The position numbers and the translations under genes were made by a program. The notes under the pieces are model-generated. The model worked only from the letters and a program-made list of their open reading frames with translations. It made no database searches and was not told the origin of the DNA. DNA of 64,000 bases from Mobula hypostoma (lineage: Eukaryota): the NCBI RefSeq assembly GCF_963921235.1, contig NC_086097.1, forward strand, positions 52,206,001 to 52,270,000, read 5' to 3'. This document shows positions 39,697 to 51,941 of this stretch, in pieces. How positions within the stretch are numbered: position 1 is the stretch's first letter; each line of letters opens with the position of its first letter.

Positions 39697-42600
39697 TTTA
39701 TAATTTACTTTTATTGAGTTTCATCATGAAACAAACATTTCCATAGGATGCATTTCAGATACTGTACATATATATCATATAATCATATTTGTCATAAATC
39801 TCCACATAGTATTTATCTAAAGTATACTCTTATAGAAAGAAGAGGAAAGAAAGAACAATCGAAAGAAGAAAACTATGTACAGAGTAGGGAGTGATTTTTT
39901 TAACAAGATATTCATTGATTGTGAAAATAAAAGCAGGCCTATGAGATGTTATGTAGTTAAACCATTTTTTCCAGTATGAATAAAATTGTTTCAACTTATG
40001 ATTAACAGATGTCGTTATCTTCTCCATTTTGTAAATGTCCATTGTAATTTCCATCCATACATTTAAAGTTGGGCTCTCCTGAGATAACCATTTCCTGGTA
40101 AGAGTCTTTTTACCAGCCACCAGCAGTACATTCATTAAATATTTATATTTATCTCTTTTCAACCATTCTTGAGGTTTGTACCCAAAATAGAAACATAGAA
40201 AATAGGTGCAGGAGTAGGCCATTCGGCCCTTGGAGCCTGCACCGTCATTCAGTACGATCATGGCTGATCATCCAACTCAGAACCCTGTACCAGCCTTCCC
40301 CCGATACCCCCTGATCCCTTTAGCCACAAGGGCCATATCTAACTCCCTCTTAATTATAGCAAATGAACTCGCCTCAACTGTTTCCTGTGGCAGAGAATTC
40401 CACAGATTCACCACTCTCTGTGTGAAGAAGTTTTTCCTCATCTCGGTCCTAAAAGGCTTCCCCTTTATCATCAAGCTGTGACCCCTCGTTCTGGACTTCC
40501 CTAACATCGGGAACAATCTTCCTGCATCTAGCCTGTCCAATCCCTTTAGGATTTTATATGTTTCAATAAGATCCCCCCTCAATCTTCTAAATTCCAACGA
40601 GTATAAGCCTAGTCGATCCAGTCTTTCATCATATGAAAGTCCTGCCATCCCAGCAATCAATCTGGTGAACCTTCTTTGTACTCCCTCTATGGCAAGGATG
40701 TCTTTCCTCAGATTAGGGGACCAAAACTGCACACAATACTCCAGGTGTGGTCTCACCAAGGCCTTGTACAACTGCAGTAGTACCTCCCTGCTCCTGTACT
40801 CAAATCCTCCTGCTATGAATGCCAGCATACCATTCACCTTTTTCACTGCCTGCTGTACCCGCATGCCCACTTTCAATGACTAGTGTATAATGACACCCAG
40901 GTCTCGTTGCACCTCTCCTTTTCCTAATCGGCCACCATTCAGATAATAATCTGTTTTCCTGTTTTTGCCACCAAACTGGATAACCTCACATTTATCCACA
41001 TTAAATTGCATTTGCCATGAATTTGATCACTCTCCTAACCTATCCAAGTCACCCTGCATCCTCTTAGCATCCTCCTCACAGCTAACACTGCCGCCCAGCT
41101 TCGTGTCATCCGCAAACTTGGAGATGCTGCATTTAATTCCCTCGTCTAAGTCATTAATATATATTGTAAACAACTGGGGTCCCAGCACTGAGCCTTGCGG
41201 TACCCCACTAGTCACTGCCTGCCATTCTGAAAAGGTTCCGTTTACTCCCACTCTTTGCTTCCTTGTCTGCCAACCAATTCTCTATCCACATCAATACCTT
41301 ACCCCCAGTACCGTGTGCTTTAAGTTTGCACACTAATCTCCTGTGTGGGACCTTGTCAAAAGCCTTTTGAAAATCCAAATATACCACATCCACTGGTTCT
41401 CCCCTATCCACTCTACTAATTACATCCTCAAAAAATTCTATGAGATTCGTCAGACATGATTTTCCTTTCACAAATCCATGCTGACTTTATCCGATGATTT
41501 CACCGCTTTCCAAATGTGTTATTATCACATCTTTGATAACTGACTCTAACATTTTCCCCACCACCAATGTCAGGCTAACCGGTCTATAATTCCCCAGTTT
41601 CTCTCTCCCTCCTTTTTTAAAAAGTGGGGTTACATTAGCCACCCTCCAATCCTCAGGAACTAGTCCAAAATCTAAAGAGTTTTGAAAAATTATTCACTAA
41701 TGCATCCACTATTTCTTGGGCTACTTCCTTAAGCACTCTGGGATGCAGACCATCTGGCCCTGGGGATTTATCTGCCTTTAATCCCTTCAATTTACCTAAC
41801 ACCACTTCCCTACTAACATGTATTTCCCTCAGTTCCTCCATCTCACTGGACCCTCTGTCCCCTACTATTTCCGGAAGATTATTTATGTGAAGACAGAACC
41901 AAAGTAGTTATTCAATTGGTCTGCCATGTCCTTGTTCCCCATGATCAATTCACCTGTTTCTGACTGTAAGGGACCTACATTTGTCTTAACCAATCTTTTT
42001 CTTTTCACATATCTATAAAAGCTTTTACAGTCAGTTTTTATATTCCCTGCCAGTTTTCTCTCATAATCTTTTCCCCCCTTCCTAATTAAGCCCTTTGTCC
42101 TCCTCTGCTGGACTCTGAATTTCTCCCAGTCCTCAGGTGAGCCACTTTTTCTGGCTAATTTGTATGCTTCTTCTTTGGAATTGATACGATCCCTAATTTC
42201 CCCTGTCAGCCACGGGTGCACTACCTTCCATGATTTATTCTTTTGTCAAACTGGGATGAACAATTGTTGTAGTTCATCCATGCGATCTTTAAATGCTTGC
42301 CATTGCATATCCACCGTCAATCCTTTAAGTGTCATTTGCCAGTCTATCTTAGCTAATTCACATCTCATACCTTCAAAGTTACCCTTCTTTAAGTTCAAAA
42401 CCTTTGTTTCTGAATTAACTATGTCACTCTCCATCTTAATAAAGAATTCTACCATATTATGGTCACTCTTACCCAAGGGGCCTCTCACGACAAGATTGCT
42501 AATTAACTCTTCCTCATTGCTCAATACCCAGTCTAGAATAGCCTGCTCTCTAGTTGGTTCCTCGACATGTTGGTTCAAAAAACCATCCCGCATACATTCC

Positions 42601-44869
42601 AAGAAATCCTCTTCCTCAGCATCCTTACCAATTTGGTTCACCCAATCTATATGTAGATTGAAGTCACCCATTATAACTGCTGTTCCTTTATTGCACACAT
42701 TTCTAATTTCCTGTTTAATACCATCCCCAACCTCACTACTACTGTTAGGTGGCCTGTACACAACTCCCACCAGCGTTTTCTGCCCCTTAGTGTTATGCAG
42801 CTCTACCCATATCGATTCCACATCCTCCTGGCTAATGTCTTTCCTTTCTATTGTGTTAATCTCCTCTCTAACCAGCAATGCTACCCCACCTCCTTTTCTT
42901 TCATGTCTCTCTCTCCTGAATATTGAATATCCCTGAATGTTGAGCTCCTGTCCCTGGTCACCCTGGAGCCATGTCTCTGTGATCCCAACTATATCATATT
43001 CATTAATAACAATCTGTACTTTTAATTCATCCACCTTGTTACGAATGCTTCTTGCATTGACACACAAAGCCTTCAGGCTTGCTTTTACAACACTCTTAGC
43101 CCTTATACAATTATGTTGAAAAGTGGCCCTTTTTGATTTCTGCCCTGGGTTTGCCGGCCTGCCACTTTTACTTTTCACCTTACTACTTTTTGCTTCTACC
43201 CTCATTTTACACCCCTCTGTCTCTCTGCACTGGTTCCCATTCCCCTGTTGTGAACTAACCTCTTCTCTCCTAGTCTCTTTAATATATGGTCTTATTCTCT
43301 AAATGTATTTATCTGTTAGTATATCATTAAAATTTGCAGAATATAACTTAATTGATCTACTCCCTGAATAAATAAGAATCAAGAAAAGTGAATAATATAA
43401 AAAAAGGTAACAAAGGTGTGATTCCAAGGCTGGGGTCTCTAGATGACCCTGGGTTGGGCTGGAAGAAAAGTCTAGCCATGGGGGATAGCCCCTCCTACCA
43501 GTGGGTTGAGGGCCCCCGCTGCAGTACCTATAAAAGTAAACAAAAAAAAATATGTCCATTACACAGAAATGATTTCCCTGTGTATTCCTCCCATATATAT
43601 ATTCTCATTTAGGTGGGGAAAAAGGATTGAATAAATGATTTTTTAAAAAAATTGAGTAATATAAAATCCACATTATAACACGTATTTCTTGAGATAGGTA
43701 TATCACCGTCTATTTTTGCTTCCGTTTAGTTTATCAGCACTTTTAAAGTTAGCCAAACCTTATGGCTCTTCTGGAGGAGGTGAGGGCTGCCCTCAGAGAA
43801 CTGACAGTCTCTTCCTAAAATCCTTCTCTCATCCTGTTCCTGCCCCCTGCTTTCTAGGTTTCTCTTAGTATTTCCCAAGCAGTTCAGGATAACTGCTCAG
43901 CCAGACTTTCCCTTGGTTTGACCATGCTAATGGACAGCCCTCTGTTCTTCATGTCTGTAGATGCCTCTTCCACCGTCTGATATAGTCGTATCCCTTCTTG
44001 GTAAAATACCCTCAGTTTAGCAGGGTACGGGGTTTGGAATTTAATCTTTTCTTGCTTTAATATTCATTTCGCTTTGGAATATTCCTTCTGTAAGTATATT
44101 AACTTCCCATTCCAAAACACCCTCTTCTTAGCCCAGGCCCTTCGTAGAATCTCCGCCTTGCTCTTGAATCGAAGGAATCTAAGTACAATGGAGCGCTGTT
44201 TATCTTCTCTGTCTCCGGGAGGCCGCTGGACAAGTGAACGGTGCGCCCTTTCAATTTCAACCTCCGTAGTCTGAGGAATCTCCAGCGCTTCCCGCAGCAG
44301 CTTGTCTACAAAGTCCATCATCAACAATCCCTCCGCTCCCTCGGGAACATTATAAATCCTGATATTTTTCCGTCGTGATCTTCTCTCCTGGTCAAACAAT
44401 TTAATCTCCTGTTGATTTAATATTTTTATCGTCTTACTTAGTTTCTGTTCCATGTTTTGCACCCGATCTTCCATCTTCTCAATTCGAGTCTCTGCCACCA
44501 CTATTTTCTGATTGACGTTGGCGAGCTCCGACTTTATATCATTGAGTTGCTGCTTTATATCTTTTTGGACTTCCCTTATCTCTTCCAGAATCTTTATCAT
44601 ATTTGCTGCTTTGCCTGCACTAGGCCCAGTGTCAGCCTCGCCGCCACGAGCACGTGTAGGAGAGCCACTCGTTGTACCTCTCTCTCCCACAGGCTCTGCA
44701 GTGATGCTATTTTTATCTCCATTCTTTCTCCCCATTCTTGCCCCCCTTATCAATTCAGATATTTTTGAAAGGTCTTATATTTGATGGATTAATGGGGCAA
44801 AATATGTGTTTTTCCAGAGGAGCTGCTGATTTAAGCTGCCATTCTGCACGATGATGTCACCGGAACCTC
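39697..44869 (-). mobile_element. L1-clade element with ORF1 and only the C-terminal end of ORF2 (HAL1-like), interrupted by CR1
   Basis: 16-bp TSD AGAGAATGACATTATT (39681-39696 and 44870-44885); ORF1 44064-44753 (RSRRKNIRIYNVPEGAE, EIERAHR); ORF2 tail FGYKPQ...LTRKWLSQESPT...WKKW; AATAAA near 39710. Confidence 0.92.
40190..43280 (-). mobile_element. CR1 LINE (APE and RT, frameshifted) nested in the L1
   Basis: ORF 42246-43205 (NARSIRNK, ITETW, MGDFN, SDH); RT ORFs 40277-41841; AATA at both flanks (40186-40189, 43281-43284); L1 reads LENKTIY-FGYKPQ across the excised insertion. Confidence 0.95.
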
Positions 44870-44885
44870 AGAGAATGACATTATT

Positions 44886-45401
44886 AATTTAGGAATGTGA
44901 CAAACAAGCACATGGAATGCTTCCAATGAATGTTGGAAAGTGAAAAGCTGATATTTCCGCACAGCAAGTGCTCCTGCTCTTACAACTGGGAAAAAGAGCC
45001 TTGAGAACACCTGTTCGGTTTTTGAAAGCGTGACTTCGAGCAAAACACTGAAGTTTTTCACAGCAGCCAAACATTCAGTAAGCCAATAATCCACTTATCT
45101 ATGATATTGGCTAATGGCTAGAAAGCCAATCGATAATATTGGTCAAAGCAGTCAACATCTCTATATCCATGATGCAATCATTATTTGTCATTTTTTGAAT
45201 GACCCCCTCCATGATTTCCATATATTGGACCACAGTGGCCAATGCATTGATGGGCCATCAAATACATCCACATCCTTAAATGGCTATGCACTGTTCACCA
45301 TCGAGAGGTTCTTTTGCTGCTTCTGAAATACGTCTTACAGGAACATGCTTGACAGAAGTTGGATGGCAAGACAACATCATAGCTTCCAAAATCTTGTCCA
45401 T
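44886..45401 (-). pseudogene. USP35: USP35 processed pseudogene, 5' segment
   Basis: ATG at 45401-45399: MDKILEAMMLSCHPTSVKHVPVRRISEAAKEPLDGEQC; then ALATVVQY...MLTALTNIIDW and CLAAVKNFSVLLEVTLSKTEQVFSRL...TFQHSLEAFH. Confidence 0.88.
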
Positions 45402-47055
45402 TTTTTTCTCCATAGGTTGTCTCTGAGGAGCAGACAAGCCAGAGAGCCTTCCCCAGGGAGGACACGTACCAGGTAGTAAATTGATGGTGCATTCATAGTC
45501 CTTGTATGGCGGGAACATAGTGGTTCTCCTTTGCTAAACACCTCCAACAAATCTGGGTACTCCAACGGCACTCTAGACAACTTAATGGTTCAAAGGTTCC
45601 ACTTAATATCAGAGAATGTATACAACCTGAAGTTCTTACTCTTCGCAGGCATCCATGAAACAGAAGAAAAGCCCCAAAGAATGAATGACAGAAAAACATT
45701 AGAACCCCAAAGCCCCACTCCCATGCACAAGCAGAGCCAAAGCATCAACCCTCTCCCTCCCATTCTCCATTTATTCCAGCAGAAAGCATCAGCTCCTCAC
45801 CATCTGGCATGCAAGCAACAGATCTAGAGTCCATCAAAACCACTGTTCATCCCAACAGTTCAACATCCCACCTGCTCTTTCTCTGTCACTAATGAGGGAT
45901 ATAGAGGTGCCAACAGACCAGTTAATCCAAGGAATGTCTAGAGAATGAATAAATTGGAAATTAACCTTGTGAATTTGGAATCTCTATACCAGTCTGATGT
46001 CCAAAAACTCCCCGCTGAACCAGAGTCTACCAAAGCTCTCTTAGATTGTTGATGTCTCCCCCAAGGTAATCGGGATGGTAAAACCACTCTGGGACTCCAT
46101 GAAACAGGAGAGGGACTTGAGACTGTTACAGTTCTCCCCTCATTAAACAGTCCTGGGAGATTTTCCTGACAACTCGGGTCAGGTGACTCGGAAGTGGTCA
46201 GCCTTACCACTGTATAAGCAACACCTCAGCCTCATGCATCACTCTCACTCAGCTGGGGAGACATCAGTACTTCCAAGTTGCATGGGTTCTTCCAGCAATG
46301 ATTGTGGTGATCTGCAGTGGTTATCAGATTGAGGACCTGAGGTAGACATTGGGTAGTTCTGAGAACCAGTCTCCAGATGAACTCACTACACTTCTCCATC
46401 CTTCTTTCAGAAATATGGTTGTCGATTCTTATGGCCTTCTCCATAAGTTCCTCCAAATCCCCTACCTGTTCTCTGGTCGCAAGAATGTTTTTAAGCTAGT
46501 CAATTAATCTCCACCTAAACTGAGCAACCAAAGCCTCATTGTTCCATCTGCTCTTGGCCACTGGGGTACGGAAATCAATGGTACTGATTTGGCCACAGAT
46601 TGTGTCCCTGATGCAGCTGGAGGAATCTGCTGGCTGCCTCTGAGCCCTCGGAAGATGAAAGAACACCTTCCTCGTCATTTTTAGAAATAAATTTATGTCA
46701 GAACACATGGGAGTATCCTTCACCCATTAAGTCGTTGCCCATGAAAAGGCCCTGCCCAAGATAGGGAAATTATAAAGGCCACCTTATTCCTGCCCAAGGG
46801 GAATTTTGTGGGCTGCAATTCAAGGACTAGGGAGCATTGATTTAAGAACCCACAGCAAGACTCAAGGGTCCCCATAGTACTGCTCTGGGGGTGGCAGGTA
46901 GTTCTGGGGACGTGTAGCAGGGCACACAAGTGTACGCTTGAAACCGGAGTCCTTCTGTAATGGAAGTATCTAATAGAGGAACTGCTCATGGTTCCAGCCG
47001 CCTGCCTTTGGCAGGCCAATGTCATGCAAAGTTGATCAATCACAGCTGGGTCCAT
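45402..47055 (-). pseudogene. Sushi-type gag, protease and RT N-terminus (degenerate), with a ~330-bp SINE-like insert at ~45586-45915
   Basis: ORFs 46720-47145, 46496-46723, 46232-46456, 45938-46210, 45377-45580, 45276-45518; gag ATG (MDPA) at 47055; CLYSGKADHFRVT* zinc knuckle ~46180-46220. Confidence 0.88.
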
Positions 47056-47072
47056 GACTGGCTGAATCCTGC

Positions 47073-47460
47073 TGTCATAATCTTCAGACAAGTGGCCCCA
47101 GATGCGGAATAAACTCTGGGCTCCATAGTAGAAATTAACGATCAAGATTTATTCAGGGAACAATACGGGGAGTAATCAAACTAAGACCTTACTTATTTGG
47201 GGCTTGAGCACACAGAAATTCAGGACTCAGTGATGAGCACTGGTCCAGAATAATCTTAAATAGAACATAAAACACCGGAAATCTGTGCAGAACAATATCA
47301 AAAACTAATCATTTAAGAACATGAAGCATAAGGAAACCATATTCACATAACGAGTGTCATGAAAAACACTGTGACAGCTTAATGATAAAAGTAGTCATTG
47401 AACAACTCTAATGAACTCATGTAAATGGTGTTCAGGGTCACTGAGACCTGCAGCTACCTC
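47073..47460 (-). repeat. 5' LTR (outer end uncertain)
   Basis: Inner end TGACA at 47073, 17 nt before the gag ATG; similar to 37830-38156 with indels; minus-strand ctatttaag and aataaa present. Confidence 0.78.
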
Positions 47461-49174
47461 ACACTCAAAGATGACAAACAGGAGTGCTCCCTGCGGTACA
47501 CCACTAGTCACAGGCTTCCAGTCAGAGAGGCAACCATCTACCACCACTCTCTTGCATCTCCCATAAAACCAATGTCTAATCTAATTTAAAGGATTGTACT
47601 TATACATCCAGTCCCTTAGAATAACTTACCCACCACTGATGTCCAGCTCACCAGCCTATAATTCCCTGGATGATTCTTAGAGGCTCTCTTAAACAATGGA
47701 ACAACATTGGCGATCCTCCAATCCTCTGGTACCTCTCCCATGGCGAAGGATGTTTTAAATATTTCTACTTGAGCCCCTTGAGCTAGTATTTCTATACCAG
47801 CTTCCCACAGAGCCCAAGGGAAATCTTCTCACATCCCGGGGGTTCATCCACCTTAATTTGCCTCAAGACAGCAAACACGTCCTCCTCTGTAATCTGTATA
47901 GGGTCCATGGCCTTGCTGCTGCTTTGCCTCCCTTCTATAGACTCAGTCCTTCTCCGGAGAAAGTACAGATTTAAAACCTTCCCCACCTCTTTCAGCTCCG
48001 TGCATAGATTACCACTCTGACATTCCAGAGAACTAATTTTGTCCCTTGCTATCCTTTTGCTCTTAATATATATGAAGGTTCTTAGGACTCTCCTTACCTT
48101 GTCTGCTAGAGGAACCTCATTCCTTCTTTTAGCCCTGCGGATTTTATTCTTAAGTGTTCTTTTGCATTTTTTATACTCCTCAAGTACCTCATTTCTTCCT
48201 ACCTGCCTATAAACTTATGTCCGAACACATGGGAGTGTTCCCATGTGTCTCCTTCTTTTCTTAACCAAGGCCTCAATATCTCTCAAAAACCATGGTTCTC
48301 TAAACCTGTTATCCTTGACTTTAATTTTGACAGGAACACGCAGTCTCCGTACTCTCAAAATTTCACTTTTGAAGGCCTCCCATTTACTAAGTACACCTTT
48401 ACAAGAAAACAACCTGACCCAATCCACACTTGCCAAATCCTTTCTGACGCCATCAAAATTGGCCTACCCCAATTTAAAATTTCAACCCAAGGATCAAATC
48501 TATCCTTTTCCATAATTACCTTGAAACTAATGACATTATGACAACTTCTGTCACCTGCGGTCTCATTCCCTAATAGGAGATCTAATATTGAACTCCTTGT
48601 ACTTGGGAATCTATGTACCGATTAAGGAAACTTTCCTGTACATATTTGACAAACTCAATCCTATCCAGCACTTTTCCAACATGGGAATCCCAGTCAATAT
48701 GTGGAAAGTTAAAATTGCCTATTATCGCAGTCTTATGGTTCTCGCAATAGTCTGGGATCTCTACAAATTTTCTTTTATAAATCCCATGGACCGTTGTTTA
48801 GTCTATAATATAATCCCATTAACGTGGTCATATCTTTCTTATTCCTCTTTCTGCCCATAAAGCCTCACTAGATGAGCCCTCTGGTCTGTGCTGCCTGCGC
48901 ACTGCCGTGACATTTCCCCTGACTAGTAATGCTACCCCACCCCTCCCCACACTCTACCAGGTCCAAAACAATGGAACCCTGGAACATTGAGCTGCTAGTC
49001 CTTCTCACTAATGGCTACAACATCATAGTTCTATGTGTTGATCCATGCCCCAAGCTCATCCGCCTTTCTAACGATACTCCTTGCATTGAAATTTATGCAG
49101 CTCAGAACATTAGTCCAACCTTGCTCAATCTTTTGATTCCTAACCTTGTATGTAAGCTTACCAATTTTTTTCTC

Positions 49175-50605
49175 CACAGCCTCAGTGAACTAGAAAATTG
49201 CAAATGTTCTCCACTCTTTAAGAAAGGAGGAAGGCAGCAGGAAGGAAATTATAGTGGTTGGGAAGATATTAGAGTCAATTGTTAAGGATGAGGTGATGGA
49301 GTACTTGGTGACACAGGACAAGATAATACAAAGTCAGCATGTTTTCCTTCAGGGAAAATCCTGCCTGATTAACCTGTTGGAATTCTTTGAGGAGATTTCA
49401 AGTAGGAGAGATAAAGGGGATACAGTGGATGTTGTATATTTGTACTTTCAGAAGGCCTTTGACAAGGTGCCACACATAAGACTGCTTACCAAGTTAAGAG
49501 CCCATGGTATTTCAGGAAAGTTACTAACATGTTTAGAGCATTGGCTGATTGGTAGGAGACAGCAAGTGGGAATAAAAGGATCCTTTTCTGGTTGGCTGTC
49601 AGTGACTAGTGGTGTTCTGCAGGGGTCGATGTTGGGACCGCTCCTTTTTATGCTGTATGTAAATGACTTAGATGATGGAATAGGTGGCTTTGTTGCCAAG
49701 TTTGCAGATGATATGAAGATTGGTGGAGGGGCAGGTAGTGTTGAGGAAAAAGGAAGAATGCAGAAGGCAGATTAGGAGAATGGGCAAGAAAGTGGCAAAT
49801 GAAATACAATGTTGGAAAATGCATGGTCGTGCACTTGATAGCAGAAATAAATGTGCGGTCTATTTTCTAAACAAGGAGAAAATCCAAAAACCTGAGATGC
49901 AAAGGGACTTGGGAGTCCTTGTGCAGAACGCCCTAAAGGTTAACTTGCCAGTTGAGCCAGTGGTGAGGAAGGCAAATGCATTCAAGAGGTCTAGAATACA
50001 AGAGCAATGATGTGATGCTGAGGCTTTATAAGGCACTGGTGAGGCCTCACGTTTAGTATTGTGAACAGTTTTGGGCTCCTCATCTTCGAAAAGATGTGCT
50101 GGCATTGGAGAGGGTCCAGAGGAGGTTCACAAGGATGATTCCAGGAATGAAGGAGTTATGATATGAGGAACGTTTGATGGCTCTGGGTCTGTACTTGCTG
50201 GAATTCAGAAGGATAAGGGGGATCTCACCAAAACTTTTCGAATGTTGAAAGGCCCAATCAGAGTAGATGCGGAAAGGGTATTTCGAATGGTAGGAGAGTC
50301 TAAGACAAGAGGGCACAGCCTCAGGATAGAGGGGCGCCCTTTCAAAACAGATGCGGAGAAATTTCTTTAGCCAAAAGGTGGTGAATTTGTGGAATTTGTT
50401 GCCACATGCAGCTGTGGAGGCCAGGTTGTTGGGTGTACTTAAGGCAGAGATGGACATTTCTTGATTGGACATGGCATCAAAGGTTACGGGGAGAAAGCTG
50501 GGAACTGGGGTTGAGGAGGAGATAAAAAAAAGGATCAGCCATGACTGAATGGTGGAGCAGACTCAATGGGCCAGATGGCCTAATTCTGTTCCTTTGTCTT
50601 ATGGT
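49175..50605 (+). mobile_element. 5'-truncated CR1 LINE (RT)
   Basis: ORF 49254-49775: KSCLINLLEFFE, FQKAFDKVPH, SGVLQGSMLGP, KFADD; tail ggcctaattctgttcctttgtcttatggtct. Confidence 0.92.
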
Positions 50606-50816
50606 CTCTCCACTATCTGCCCTGGCACTCTAATTTCCATCTCCCTGCAGCTCTAGTTTAAAACTCCCCATACACCACCAGTGAATGTTCCTGCTAGGGT
50701 ATTAGACTCCCTCCAGTTCAGTTGCAAACCATCTATTCTGTGCAGGTCCCCCTTTTCCTGGAAGAGAGCCCAATGATTCAAACATCTGAAGCCCTCCCTC
50801 CTGCACCATCTCCTTA

Positions 50817-51068
50817 TGATGATGACGTTGAATCAGACCTGAGAGACTGGTGATGCAGTGAGATCAGCGCCGGGCTCGAGAACAGAGGTTCCCGAGTTTG
50901 ACCCAGTGACAGACCGCGCCCATGCGTGCTCTCCATCCATGCCGGGTTGATGTCAAGCTCACAGCTCGGCCTCGTAAAATAATACTGTGAAATGTCTGTG
51001 CGAGGTGTGGTGCCCCACGCAGCCTTTCGAACAGCGCCTTGTAAGGCATGAAAATGCCTGACGCTGGT
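50817..51068. mobile_element. tRNA-derived SINE with head and tail in opposite orientations
   Basis: 9-bp TSD ATCTCCTTA (50808-50816, 51069-51077); (TCA)n tail on minus at the left end; A/B-box-like tggtgatgcagtg and gagtttgaccc on plus at ~50848-50905. Confidence 0.65.
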
Positions 51069-51941
51069 ATCTCCTTAGCCACAGGTTAAACTGCATGATC
51101 TTCCTGTTTCTGGACTCACTAGCATGTGGCACAGGTAGCAATCCTGAGATCACAACCCTGGATGCCCTGTCCTTTGACGTAGCACCTACAGTAACTCCCT
51201 GCCCTCACTTTTCAGGACCTCGTTACCCCTCCTACACATGTCATTGGTATTGACATGGAGCATGACCTCCCACTTACAAACGCTGTGGACTCAGTCCACG
51301 ATATCCCTGACCCTGGCACCCGAAAGTCAACATACCATCCGGGAATCCACAGAACCGCCTTTCTGACCAACAAATCCCCTATCACTACAGCTTGCTTCTT
51401 CTCACTCCTTTCCTTCTGAGCCACAGACCCAGAGTCAGTGTCAGAGACATCAGGCTTTCTACTGCTAAGTCATCCCCCCCTCCCCCAACAGTATCCAAAG
51501 CAGCATACCTGTTGTTGAGGGAAACGACTACAGGTGAACTCTGAACTGGCTGCCTATTCCCTTTCCCCCAGTTGACGGTCACCCAGTTACTAGTGTCCTG
51601 CATTTTGAGTGTAACTACCTCCATGTATGTCCTGTTTATCAATCCCTCAGCCTCCTGAATGATCCAAAGCTCATCCAGTCCCAGCTCAAAACCAGAAGTG
51701 TTGGACGCTGAAGCTGGATGTACTTCTTGCAGGAGTAGTTATCATGGACACTGGAGCTCTCCCTGCCTTCCCACATCCCGCAAGAAAAGCATTTCACTAT
51801 CCAGCCTCGCATCCTCACTGCTTAAAATGTGCAATAAGAAAGAAAGAATAAATAATGAAAAACCACCTCTCCTCGCGAAGCCCGAACTCCTCTCTCTAAC
51901 ACTGGCCCATTCACACAGTGGCCACTCCACTTTTGGACCTT

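Larger units (their letters stand above)
37830..47460 (-). mobile_element. Sushi-ichi-like chromoviral Ty3/gypsy element with pol replaced by a captured USP35 cDNA
   Basis: Two related LTRs; gag (MDPA start, FLNQCSLVLELQP, KVAFIISL, WNNEALVAQF, EELMEKAIRIDN, EEPMQLG, degenerate CCHC); protease ALVDSGS; RT N-terminus PPY.DYECTINLLPG; chromodomain tail; PPT. Confidence 0.85.

Noticed and set aside
42160..42936. 258-aa plus-strand ORF, and similar ORFs at 3365-3721 and 40965-41336
   Set aside because: Antisense shadow frames of CR1 ORF2.
38284..45401. Functional USP35 or USP38 gene
   Set aside because: Intronless, with many stops and frameshifts, no His box, and embedded in an LTR element.
47468..47481. 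TGACA at 47472-47476 as the exact 5' LTR terminus with a TSD
   Set aside because: The flanks (gcaaa vs aacag) do not match, and agatgacaaaca fits the adjacent CR1 equally well.
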